From Macrostomum lignano (lineage: Eukaryota), in contig NIVC01004023.1 in NCBI GenBank assembly GCA_002269645.1, positions 52 through 64,051 on the forward strand: a stretch of DNA of 64,000 nt. The letters run 5' to 3'. A program made the translations under genes and the position numbers. Under the pieces are notes generated by a model that did not search any database, was not told the origin of the DNA, and worked only from the letters and a program-made list of their open reading frames with translations. Below are positions 24,698 to 37,140 of this stretch, piece by piece. How positions within the stretch are numbered: position 1 is the first letter of the stretch; each line of letters begins with the position of its first letter.

Positions 24698-27008
24698 TAT
24701 ATTTCCATTAAACTTATTTAAAGATAGTTTTTTGTATAATCATATTTAAATTGCACTGAAAAACTTTCTTTTCTACTTTGTCAACAATGTTTTGCTTTTA
24801 ATTTTTGTTTCTATGATTTATTAGAATAATTTTGTTATACATATTTCTAGTTGTTAAAATAAAATGCAATATCTTTAGATAATATAATTTTCAAAGACAA
24901 TTTTCTAGAAAGAAAACATATTAAATAGAGATAGGAAAATTTTTTTATCTTATATAATATATAATCATACATGCGCAACTGCTGGCCGACCTGGCCACTG
25001 TAAATTTTGGTGGACCAATGGTAAGTCGCAAAAATGCCCAGCCTAAATAGATGTACTAATTAGATAATGAGGCATTTAGCCCTTATAAGACAGTTATAGT
25101 TACTCCTGCTGTTTACCCAAAATTGCATTAGGGTTTCTTTTATAGGTAAGTTGCATTTTTGGTCAAGAAGTAAGTTGCATGGCCAGTGTAAATCAGGGGG
25201 GTTGTGCATGTATGTATATAATCAATGATTACATTTCATTTTAGACAATAAAAATGACTACTTTTTATTTATAATATATAGGCCCTTAATAGGCCCTATA
25301 TTTTTGGCTTAATATATTCTAGGCCAAGTTGATATAAATTTTGCAAGTTTTTTTAATTAAACCTTCTCTTTGTTTTAAAGTTTTTATTGGGCTTATTTAT
25401 ATTTACTAATATATTTTTTGCCAAAATGTCACAGCCATTTTCCAAGTAGATTTAAATTTAATGAAATATTTTAATAATAGATAAAATTAAATAAAAAAGA
25501 ACTTTTATCACCCAGGGTAGGTCTAAAATCTAATGCAATATATAGGGGGTCTAGGCTTTTATATTAACATTGGCCTTGCCTTTTCTTTATTATTTTTTTA
25601 GCCTATAATTATTTAATATTGTTAGGCTTTTAATAATAATTAAATATATAAAATAAGTTTGAAATAAGATATAGAACTGGACCTATACCAACAATAAAAG
25701 TTGAGTTATTCAATAATATATATTTTAAAAGTTTTTAGTTTAAATTCTTAAGACTAGGGGGCTTTTCACATTGCCCATTCTAGAACCATAATCAATTTGG
25801 ATCTTCCAAGAAAAAAAAACTATATAACTATTTAACTTTGCTGAATATTTGACTACTTTAACAGCTTCACTTTGCACAATTTTTCACTTTATTCTTGGCT
25901 ATTACCATTCAATAATTATAATCACAACTTTAAGCACTTATATCCTTCTAGTTTAAGGAACAAAAAGTTATACTTTACAAATTGGATCTAGTTCTAAAAC
26001 TAGAATAAGCAATATAAATAGGCTTTAGATAGGCTATTTTAGTTTTGAAGTTTATAATATCATGACTCATGAGCCCTGAGCAGTACTCCTAGACCTAGAA
26101 AAATAACAATGTTATAGGCCTAAGGTCAAAGCAAATTTTTGCCAAAGTATTAAAAAAAGTTTTACCCTTTATCTTTAGGTCTTCTTTTATGAATGAGCCT
26201 AAGATCCTTAATTTATTAAGGCTTTTATTTACATTTAAACTGAAATATTAGGCCTAGACAGCAAGCTTATTTTTTACTCTTAAATGTTTACCATAGTTAT
26301 AAATAGGCCCTGTCCCTAGGCCTACCTAATTTCAAACTTAAGTCTAAGAATGAAACAAAGTAGGCTCTAGAAAAAAAATAATTTTTAAGATAGCTTTCTA
26401 ATTCATTTAAGTGTCTATTTTGTCTCTTGACTTTTACATTTAGGTCCTATAAGAAAAAAAGGTAGAATAAAGACAAAGTTAGGTGTGTAGGCCTATAAAG
26501 GACAAATACAAAGTAGGCCCCTATAGTAAAATAAAGACAAACAACTCTTGCTAGAGTTGCACGCTCAATCAATACAATGAATAGGTCTTAGATAAAGCTT
26601 AAATCAACATTAAACGCGAAAAAAAGTGTTTCTTTCAACCCACAATGCCAGTAGGCCTTAGACTAGGGCCTAAGGGTATGGGTAAGGCTTAGTCAGGGTA
26701 TATTTGATCGATGAAACAAACGAAAGCTCAATGTAAACGACTGTAGTCAGAAGTTATCAAATCAATAAGGAAGAAATAAAAAATAGCATTACAAGAGGGA
26801 GGTGAGTGAGCGGGATGGGGGCTGGGGAGCGAGAGGGAAACCAAAGATTTACTCTCTAGGCCTAACTCATAACTGTCCAAATTTCTATGTATTTTTTTAT
26901 AATTAAGTGTGCATACATTTAACTCCAAACCGACCAAACAGCACATAGACTAAATATCTACTACATTCTAAAACATAATTTTCAAGTCAAAATTCCAGCT
27001 TTTAGGCG

Positions 27009-27924
27009 CCAGGCACGTATTAAACATTCGCCGACACTTGTTCAGACACTTCTACAGACACTTTAGTTTCTGTCGTACGAATCTTTTTTTTAGGAACAAG
27101 CATTAAATTTGTTTATTCCTAACAAACTATCAGTTTTAAAATGCTTTATTTTAAGCTTTTTTGCTTTATTTTATGTAAAGTATTTTTATGTATCAATTAA
27201 ATCTCCGCACTTTTTATGATGTGTCCGACATTCTTGAATATTATTTAGTTAGTATTTATTCAGTAGTGAGTTTCTATTTCCGCGATTCTTACTGTACGTA
27301 CTTTACTACTATTGTTTTACTGTATGCTAATTCCTATCGTATTTCAAACGCGAATGCGCTGTGTTTTGAGTGTTAGTTCTCCTGTGCGCCGTAGTAGTTG
27401 TAGTCGTAGGGTTTCATAGCCGTTCCAGAGTTCCAGTCGACCCAGTTTTTAATTCAATAATAGATATAGACATTATTTAGAATAATCTTAATTACTTTGA
27501 CTACATAGATTGTTCAGATACGAATACAAATATATAAATGAAATGAATTAAGGCGCATTGCATCCACAAGCCAAGAACGCATTCGCATTCGTTCATTCAT
27601 CTGTCATCACAACGAAAATAAGGCGATTCTTTGAATTCTTGGACTTCAAGAAACTTATTTTACATTTATTAAAAATGATTTAGGAAGTGTCCTGGACAAA
27701 TTTAACATTCTTCTTTACGTGAAGAGAATCTATGCAGAATAACAAATTTCATGATTCATATTTAATAAAATAAAGCAAAAAAAGCTTAAAATAAAGCATT
27801 TTACTGATAGTTTGTTAGAAATAAACAAATTTAATGCTTGTTCCTACGATTCGTACGACAGAAACTAAAGTGTCTGTAGAAGTGTCTGAATATAAGTGTC
27901 GGCGAATGTTTAATACGTGCCTGG
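27009..27924. mobile_element. Foldback/MITE-like element with ~165-bp terminal inverted repeats
   Basis: 27009-27175 (CCAGGCACGTATTAAACATTCGCCGACAC...) is the reverse complement of about 27765-27924, apart from small indels. No TSD identified. Confidence 0.8.
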
Positions 27925-28978
27925 TGGGAGGATGGGGCCCGCGGGCATTCTTGTCGGAAAAAAGAAATGTTTAGATTTATTCTTAAGGAGTGCATTTAAA
28001 ACAAATATTTTGTAAATATTTTTCTTCCAATGCACAGGACGTCAGAATGAATTTCCTGTAATTTTATCGCCTAAAATGATTTGATAGCGTATGATTTTGT
28101 GCAGAAAAGTAGCGCGATAATTTTTTACTTTATATTCTCAGCGGCTTCATAATCTTTTGCAGCTAAAAACACTCTTTTGATTCGATAGTTCTGTGTTCAA
28201 GCTGTACCTGATCAAAAATGATTAATTAATCAAGCCAGAACTCTGAGAGGCAGGTTCTTCTTGACACCATCTTCGAACTCTTGGTTCCCCGTTCGGGAAC
28301 AAAGCACGACAGTCTTATTTTATGAACCTCGGGGCCCTCCTGATCAATCCTCTCACCCGCCATAGCAGGTTGAGAATGTATATTGATGGGGGGCTGAAAA
28401 ATTCGGGCACAGATTGAATGAGTTTAAAAAATGCATGACTCTACGTCTCAAATGCTTTTTACGTCATACAGCAATTCGCTGTCAACAACCCATTGCACGA
28501 TTATTCGCCGCCTCCTCCTTGGATTTTTCAGGACAAATATCATTTTTCTGAAAAAAATGGATTTCTCGATAAATAGTAAAGGTTTTAGTCGTCTCTAGCA
28601 CGTGTACGATGCATTTCCAGGTTGGATGTGGTCGGGGGTCAAAATTCCCTACATGTATTATTAAACCTTAGCATGATCTCGGGCGACGATCCTCTAGCTC
28701 CACATGCAAGCTGGTGTACTGTTTTGGTATGCAAACGAGCTCCTGGGCGCAGCAGGGATTGCAATTAGCGCAGGCGCAAATGCAGAATCGTACTCAGGGT
28801 CGCAAACGTAGAGTCTTTCAAACACAGAGTCGCAAATTAGGGGTCGCAAAGTGCAGAGTCGCAAATGTACAGTAAAGTTAAAAAGTTCAGGGTCACATAC
28901 GCGGGATCTCAAAAACTTAGGGATAAACGCTTTTTAGTCTAAAAAAGAACGCAAAGATATAAAGTTCGCGCTTATCTA

Positions 28979-30030
28979 CAACAACAACAGAATACGCGTT
29001 AAGCGTCACAGGGCACGCCTCAAGGCCAGTTCGCGAATGAACGTCACGCCGCCGGCCGAATCCGGGGCGCCGGCGTCAGCCAGTAGGCAGTCGACGAAAC
29101 GCCGAGTGCACGCCTGCCCCCGCCGGTAGCGTGCCTGCAGTGTCAGCAGCAGCACCTGCACCGGCTGAGAGCAGTACGACTCGGCGCGGATGATGTGGCC
29201 TGCCAGCTGGAGTCGCCAACAGGTTGCTTGGACAGACCAGGCCGGCGCGGTGATACAAAGCCGCGTTGGTCACTCGCTCGTAGCCGATCTTAAAGGCGGC
29301 GCGCAGCAGGCCAGCATGCACCCCGTCAACTTGTTGCTCGACGACTCGTCAGCGTCCAGGTCTCGGCGTTGTACAGCAGAACGGTCTCGATCACCGCCTA
29401 GAACAACGCCGCCCTCTGGCGGTCAGGTAACGCCTCGGACTGCAGGACTGCCCTCACAGAACGAAAGGCAGCCCAGGCAAGCCCGCGGCGACGCCGCAAA
29501 TCCTCGTGAACGCCGGGAACCAGACCGCGGAGGTAGACGAACTGCTGACAACGCAGAAGTTTTGTCGCCTGTCCATCAGCGCCTCGGTACAAAATCGCAG
29601 CCTCGATGTCGTCCGGCACACAGAGCACGCCAGTCTTCTGCGTGTTAACCACCAGGCCGACACTCGCCGCAACAGCAACTAGCTTGTCCAGTTGTCGCTG
29701 GGCGCCCTCGACAGTTAAGGAGAGCAGGGCGAGATCGTCGGCGTAGCCAAGCACACTGAGTCGCCTCTCCGGTTGACGTCGACCCACGCGTCGCAGCAAC
29801 AGAAAGCCGTCGTAGTTGGTAGGAAGAGCGGTCCGCAGCACCCAGTCAAGCACCAGAACGAACAGGAATGGCGCAAGCGTATCTCCCTGAAGCACCCCGG
29901 AGGATGTCTCAACCGATAGGCCGTCCGGTGTTGAAAAAGCAGCTTTCGTATCACGGTACGTCGCCATGATGGCGAAATCAGCTGCTCTGGCACGTTGTAC
30001 GCACGGAGCACCTTTGGGAGCGCAGACCCG
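28979..30030 (-). mobile_element. 5'-truncated, frameshifted RTE-like non-LTR retrotransposon (RT C-terminal half plus 3' end)
   Basis: Motifs GVLQGDTLAPFLFVLVLDWVLR, GYADD and QFVYL. Short (TTG)n tail at 28979-28990. Frameshifts near 29400 and 29970. Confidence 0.9.
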
Positions 30031-30105
30031 AATCGGGATACCGGCTGAGTCCGGGTCCTCTTGCGCCTTGTGCCCCTTTCCCGACCCCTTGGCCTGGCCT
30101 CCAAT

Positions 30106-31379
30106 TAGGGGTGTTCGGGGTTTGGGGTTAGGTCGGGGTTCGGGTCGGGATTAGGGGTCGGGGTTCGGGGTCCCGATGAATGTTCGGGATGGGGTTCAGG
30201 GTTCCCGATAAATGTTCGGGATCGGGATTCGGGACGGGATTTTGGACCGGGATTTCGGGGTTTTCGGGGTTTCGCAAATTTTCTGCATTCCCATAGAACT
30301 ACGAAAAAATCCTTATGAATTAGAATTAGCTTTTTTCGTTTTTAACGTGAGGTCATGTGGAGCCTTGAGCAGGAGCTTTCTGAGCAAGATGCCGCAGCTG
30401 CTGCCAGAAGCGCAAATACAATGGCCGCTACCGAGGAGATGCACGATAATGTCATTTTGGGTACTGAAGAGAGCTCTGGATGCAAGTTTTTGCAGTTCTG
30501 CAGATTATCTGGAATTACCACTCAGGAGTGCAATGCGACTGCGAGTGCATCGAACTCCGGCGCCAGAGGAGACGCGAGGAAGAAGGAAGCGAGGCGCAGA
30601 GCAGCTGATCAGCTTTCTCTGTACAGGAGTCTAGCGCAGCAGAATTTTCAGGTAGCAGTCAGCGAATTCTGGAAGCAGAACTCCGCTAATCTTCCAGAAC
30701 TGGCAGAGCTCGCTAAGCTTCACCTCACTGCCCCAGCATCATCTGTCCCAACAGAGTGCGCCTTCAGTGCTGCCGGTTTTCTAAAGCGCAAGGAACGCTG
30801 CATCCTTTCCAGCTCATCGCTCAGCAAGTTAATGTTCTTGCGAGATAAATTCGATTAGCTGTATGCCATATTCGTTGAGCCAGAGACTGTAAAGTGACTC
30901 GCGTTCTATTCTATTATCACTTGGTAGTCTGATCATTCAGATTAGATGACATGAGAATTCAGATTATTTTAGTGTTTACTAGCGTCAACGTGCATCAATG
31001 GCAATGCCAACAAAGACTAAGTAAACGAGATTAAGAAAAAGAGAGATTGATTCTTGATTGATAAGATAGCTTCCATCTCTGCAGAGAAAGAGGCACATGA
31101 TGTTTCACACATCAAAAGAAATGCAACCTGCCTAAAATTAATTTCACATTAACTTTAAGTTGAACTGAAACAGGCTAATAGTCGTAAGAAGCCGTCAATA
31201 CCACTTTTATTTCATGCTATTGCTTACTTCGGGGTTATCGGGGTTCGGGGTCGGTATTAGGGTTCGGGACGGGGTTCGGGTTCCCGATAAATGTTCGGGA
31301 CGGGGTTCGGGATTCCCGAAAGATGTTCGGGATCGGGGTTAACCCGAACCCCGAAAAAATGCCATCCCGAACACCCCTA
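30106..31379 (+). mobile_element. Non-autonomous hAT (Ac-like) DNA transposon, 1274 bp
   Basis: Perfect 14-bp TIRs TAGGGGTGTTCGGG / CCCGAACACCCCTA. Exact 8-bp TSD CCTCCAAT at 30098-30105 and 31380-31387. Subterminal GGGGTTCGGG repeats. Confidence 0.95.
30355..30858 (+). pseudogene. hAT transposase remnant: C-terminal dimerisation domain only
   Basis: FWKQNSANLPELAELAKLHLTAPASSVPTECAFSAAG...R..L...L..LMFL matches the hATC consensus. The catalytic N-terminal region is absent. Confidence 0.88.
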
Positions 31380-33283
31380 CCTCCAATCTAAAGCTGGATA
31401 GGTGATACCCTTGTGGCTTGCAGCCCTATAAGAGGGTTTTGCTAGGTTTACCTCTTGATAGGAGACTCGCCCTCGGAATCAAGCCTTCCAGCCAAATACC
31501 AAATTCCTAACTATTGCTTTTTCCGTAGACCTCTGGAATTTCCCCGCTCTCGGACCGCTCTAAGTAGCAAGCTAAGCTTTTCAAACCCTTTTTCGCGCGC
31601 ACTCCCAAAGACTTCCCTGCTGGGTGGTGGCCTAAGTGGACTCGGTCCTAGCATCGTCCCTGATCCCACTTTTGGGTTGGCGGTGCCTTAGTCCATAGGC
31701 TTGGGTTAGTAGGCAGTTCACACCCAGCCCTAGCCACGACGTTAGGGTCTAACCAACTAGTGGGTATCTCGGGCTTAGGCCCCTGGAAGTGCCCATCAGC
31801 GGCAAAGCCCCTCTCAGGGCATCCGCGGGTAGCAACAGCTCCCACCCCGTTTAACAACAACAATAACGCAATTCTAACTGCATACAGACTAGTACAGGAA
31901 CAGGACTAACCATACATGTATTAGTAGGTTCCGCGTATTCTGATGGGTTTCGACCTTCCGGCCCCCTTGTGGGGAAACCTTCGGGCCTCAGGTCTCAGAA
32001 ATAAATCAATTAGAGTCCTGGCCCCCCACTCCTGTCAGATGGTCAGCCCCGTGGTAGCTTGATCGTGTGGCGAGCAGTCTAGGTCCTATAGCTAAGAGAG
32101 GGACAGCGAGAGACAAGCAGGGAGAATTTTGAAGGTAGAAATTAGTTAATCCGCAGATTAGGTAACTCGCTGCCACCAGCCCGTGCGTCCTGGCTCACCA
32201 AACCGGGACTCTCGAAATCGGGCTTCCGACTAGAGGGGGCTTTGCACTTACCTGCCAACTAGTGTCTTTTTGCTGTCAATCTCGAAGTCATAGCCGATGC
32301 CGAGGTACAGAGGGGACTTGTGCAGGGGATTCTTGCAGTGGCGAGACTATGGGGTAGCTACATGTACTATTACATTGCTAAATACGAAAATATGTACTTT
32401 TGGCCGTCAACGCGCCAACTAGCCTCTCCTAGCGCTGATGATAGACTAACTCGAACTTCAGAGACCGCATGATTCATTACCCGAGCCGCTTGGCTAACCT
32501 AGAGTGCACAAAGTACATCTCTGGCGCCGATTCTGCACTTCTGGCAGTTTTGCTCACTGATTTGGTAGTTTGATCGACTGAGAACTGCCTTGCCATTGGT
32601 CCACTGTGACCGGTGCCTACTAGCTTAGCTATTCATCTGAGCCATCGGCGAACAAAGAAATAAAACCGATAAAAATAACTGTTAGATTTAACCTTCTCCT
32701 TAGATCACTTCACATCTCAGATTGAATTGGAGTTCAGACTACTAGCAGTATTATTGAATGATTTCTGCCTCGATTACAGCACTACTGAACAAAATGAGCA
32801 AAAGTGTGCGTCTAATCCAGCTACTGAAACAGGGGACAGATAAGGAATCACCCAATCAAGCAAGTCTAGGCAGCCTCTCACCCAACCAATCAGAATTTCA
32901 ACAGCCGGAGACTAGGTAATCCACAGTGACCGAATCGGCTTAGTGCTTCGCAGCTGTAGGCCCGGATGATGCTAATTAGACCGAGTGTTCTCAAAGTGGG
33001 GGGCTTGTTAAATGTGACGATTGTTCAGGGTTTTTTAGTCTGTTGTCTGCTGCGGCGTCGCAATCTTCGCTGATGGCTAGCAGGTGATGGATGATCTTTA
33101 ACCTTGATGTTCGCTGCTGACGACCGGGGGAATTCGTCCTTGATGGTGATGGGGGGTGTCGCGATCCGGGGATCAAGAAACGTCGGTCAATTCCTGGCCG
33201 GTGGAGCCAAGGGTGGCACCCGGTCGCAAGAAGGTTTGCAGGGGTAGCACCCGAATGCAGTCCGAGCGGGCCGAAAACACCGG

Positions 33284-33413
33284 TTTAAATAGCCACCAAC
33301 TGGACCGCAGTTTGTTATAATGAGACACCTCGATTCTGATTGGCTGAGCCGATTTGTTAAAATGAGCGTCGAATTTTCTGATTGGCTAAGCTTGTTGCTA
33401 CCAGAATCACGTG
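33284..33413 (-). promoter_or_regulatory. Pol II promoter-like module in the left arm (E-box, two CCAAT boxes, TATA-like)
   Basis: CACGTG 33408-33413; ATTGG 33381-33385 and 33339-33343; TTTAAATA 33284-33291. Motif match only. Confidence 0.45.
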
Positions 33414-34137
33414 ACCGGGAGATCCTATCAGTTCCCTCGGGGTCGTAAAAACATGACAGGTGCGGCCATAAATCAATCAAAATCGCAACAATATGATTTA
33501 TGACTTTTCGCGTAGAATTGACAGAAATTAATTAAAAAAACATACATTAGAAAGCTCTTATTAAATAGAAAGTGAAGATAATGAAGAGAAATTGCTAATC
33601 GCTAATCCCAAAGTACTTTTAGGGGTAAAACGCATAGCTGTCAAAGCTGTCACACGCTTGAGTGAACACGAACAATAGGCTCTGACCTCATAAATCTTGA
33701 TGGCCTGTCAAAATGATGAGAAAAAAGCTACCGCCCGCATCCTCTCAGACCATCTGGCGCCCGTCTCAACACTGAGTGAGGCGCAGGTGGCTGTCAGACC
33801 AGCTTCGAAAGCAATGATTTATGACCCAAAAAGCTGCGTATGTTATTATGACTACTAGTATGACCAAACATTATATCTAGTATAGATTCTATGACAATTC
33901 GCAGAAAACGGATAAAAATGCCCATTGCCCACTGTTAGTAGGCAAGTAAGTTTAGAGCCCATGTGCTAGCGCGGGATTTGGAAAAAAGTGCGTCCTCATC
34001 ACTAATGTATATTTTTTCATTAGTCTTTGTCAATTCTACGCGGAAAGTCATAAATCATTTTGTTGCGATTTTGATTGATTTATGGCCGCACCCGTCATAT
34101 TTTTACGACCCTGAGGGAACTGATGGGATCTCCCGGT

Positions 34138-34268
34138 CACGTGAATTTGGGTGGCAACAAGCTCAGCCAATCAGAAAATTCGACGTGCGTTATTACAAAT
34201 CGGCTCAGCCAATCAGAATCGAGGTGTTCCATTATAACAAATTGCGGTCCAGTTGGCGGCTATTTAAA
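34138..34268 (+). promoter_or_regulatory. Pol II promoter-like module in the right arm (E-box, two CCAAT boxes, TATA-like)
   Basis: CACGTG 34138-34143; AGCCAATCAGAA with CCAAT at 34167 and 34209; TATTTAAA 34261-34268. Motif match only. Confidence 0.45.
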
Positions 34269-36299
34269 CCGGCGTTTTTGGCCCGCTCGGAGCTCAACTG
34301 GCTGGAATTCGGCTCCACCTCCTAGGACTTTGGCCTAACGGAGCCCGACCGTCGTCTCTTGATCCCCGGATCGCGACACCCCCCATCACCATCAAGGACG
34401 AATTCCCCCGGTCGTCAACAGCGAACATCAAGGTTAAAGATCATCACCTGCTAGCTATCTGCGAAGTTTGTGACAGCATCATCCCGGGCCTACAACTGCG
34501 AAGCACTAAGCCGATTCGGTCACTGTGGATTACCTGGTCTCCGGCTGTTGAAATTCTGATTGGTTGGGTGAGAGGCTGCCTAGACTTGCTTGATTGGGTG
34601 ATTCCTTATCTGTCCCCTGTTTCAGTAGCTGGATTAGGCGCACACTTTTGCTCATTTTGTTCAGTAGTGCTGTAATCGAGGCAGAAATCATTCAATAATA
34701 CTGCTAGTAGTCTGAACTCCAATTCAATCTGAGATGTGAAGTGATCTAAGGAGAAGGTTAAAATCTAACAGTTATTTTTATCGGTTTATTTCTTTGTTCG
34801 CCGATGGCTCAGATGAATAGCTAAGCTAGTAGGCACCGGTCACAGTGGACCAATGGCAAGGCAGTTCTCAGTCGATCAGTCTATCAAATCAGTTAGCGAA
34901 ATTGCCAATAGTGCAGAATCGGCGCCAGAGATGTACTTTGTGCACTCTAGGTTAGCCAAGCGGCTCGGGTAAAGTATCATGCGGTCTCTGAAGTTCGAGT
35001 TAGCCTATCATCAGCGCTAGGAGAGGCTGGTTGGCGCATTGAAGGCCAAAAGTACAATTCCTCGTATTTAGCAATGTAATAGTACATGTAGCTACCCCAT
35101 AGTCTCCCCACTACAAGAATCCCCTGCACAAGTCCCCTCTGTACCTGCATGGCCAATGCGATCAAGTCCCAGCAGTGTCCTTCTTATCATCGGCTATGAC
35201 TTCGAGATTGACAGCAAAAAGACACTAGTTGGCAGGTAAGGCTAAGCCCCCTCTAGTCGGAAGCCCGATTTCGAGAGTCCCGGTTTGGTGAGCCAGGACG
35301 CACGGGCTGGTGGCAGCGAGTTAGCTTAGTCTGCGGATTAGTTGATCTCTACCTTCGAAATTCTCCCTGCTTGTCTCTCGCTGTCCCTCTCTTAGCTATA
35401 GGACCTAGACTGCTCGCCACAAGATTAAGCTACCATGGGGCTGACCATCTGACAGGAGTGGGGGGCCAGGACTCTAATTGATTTATTTCTGAGACCTGAG
35501 GCCCGAAGGCTTCCCCCCCCAGGGGGCCGAAAGATCATAAGCTTGAAATATAAAAATCCAAAGTACATAATATATTTCAAAGTAATAAAAGTAACCAAAT
35601 TAATGCATGATAAAATGTATCATATAGCTATATTTTAATATATCTTTATAATTAACTATCTAGATATAAGTCATATAAAGCAAAGTAATTCATAAAACAA
35701 GTGTTGCATGCTCCAGATTACATGCAGTTGGCTTAAATCTAACTAATGTTGACACGAAACAGATACTGAGTATGCTTTAACTATTGAAAAGAATGGTTCT
35801 ACTGTAACGATAGGAAACAGATAATTAAATAAAATACTAACATAATAAACAGAAGCATGCGAACGCGTTACATACTAGTATGCGTTGTGCACACGCATGG
35901 TGCACGCTGTTCGCTTTACTGGAGATTTGAATAATTAACCATTATTTTTAATTTGCTTTGAGCAAAGTATCGCGTCTAAAACGCACTAAATACACTAGCG
36001 TACGAGTATAATAACGCGCGTAATACGCGTGTTTTACGCGCTGTGTATGACATTACGCTCCAAATGTGCGCGTAATTCGCGCGTACCTGTTGATTGAGTT
36101 TGTTAATGTCACAGTGTAATGTTCAGATTTTTTTCTAAATTTTGACTCTTCAGCCTCTTGGCTTACTGTCGCATGTTGTGAGTTGTGAGAGGAGAAATTA
36201 GAAAACGAGAAAAATAGACGAATGAAGATTTATCTCGTAAAAACAGATAACCTAGCTAGAAACATTTCGCCATAATATAGCATAAACGTAACGTCTGTG

Positions 36300-37140
36300 C
36301 ATACTAAGAGTGGTGGCTGTGGCTGACTGACGAAGGCAAATAAGCCAGAAACAGATCTCCGTCTGCAAATGTCGGAGCGGAGAGAACAGGTTTGGCCCGA
36401 AGTGAATGAGCCTGGCCCAGGTGAAGACCGGGAAATGGCAGATAAAGTGCTCATCATTTTCATTTCCCGAGCGACAGAAGGGGCACAGCTCCTTCGGTTA
36501 CCTGGCCCTGAAGGAAGCGTTGGCGAGAGCAGCAGCCATGCCCGGAGAGGGCCATGCTGACTGCTCTGAGGTCTCTGCGGCTGAGCCTGAGCCAGCAATT
36601 ATATGAGTGTCGTACCACCTGCGGAGATGTCCGGAGTCAGCCCAGCGCTTGACGCGGGCCCTGAGATCGGCCTCAAAAGGCGGAGCCAGCCTTGGCCAGC
36701 AGGTCAGTGCACTCGTTGCCGAGGAAACCAGCGTGCCCCTGGATCCATTAGAGCTCCACCTGACTGCCTAGCGCGAGTCCATTGAGCTGGGAATTGCAGT
36801 CCAGGACAGATTTGGAGCCGGTGGTGCTTTGGCAGAGTGCCCGAAGGGCTGCTTGGCTGTCGGAGTAAAAAATAACTTTCCAACAAACTAAGGTAAGGCT
36901 GATGGGCCTGAAGGCCTTCACCGATTGGTACATGTAGTCGCTCTTTCCAGGCTTGGCTCTTTTCAGGTCAGCCCAGTTCCATGCAAGTTCGGAGGTGCCG
37001 ACAGAGGAGGTCCGAGAAGCGGTGGTTTTTCACCGCCACGTGCAAGAACGCTGGCTAGATGCCGTCGGGCCCAGGCGCCTTGAACGGATTTAAAAGATTG
37101 CCGCTCTAGTAATGCGGTCTTTGGTGATAATAGAATTCAC
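36300..37140 (-). mobile_element. Degraded, internally deleted RNase H-bearing LINE fragment
   Basis: Broken frames give APGPDG, FRPISLT, IFYSDSQAALRAL, WI.GHAG..GNE.AD.LAK and LCPFCRSGNENDEHFICH. Domain order matches the LINE at 46.5-49.6 kb, but most of the RT is missing. Confidence 0.82.

Larger units (their letters stand above)
31952..35536. repeat. 3.6-kb inverted duplication: two ~1.55-1.6-kb arms around a ~450-bp spacer
   Basis: 31952-33550 is the reverse complement of 34002-35536, with scattered substitutions and 40-80-bp indels. Confidence 0.93.

Noticed and set aside
31930-32005. Hammerhead-ribozyme-like fold at the outer end of the inverted repeat (minus strand CTGA-GACC...GGTC-GAAAC..TC)
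   Set aside because: The conserved CUGANGA core is incomplete and stems I and III are weak. An Infernal search with Rfam hammerhead models would be needed to revive it.
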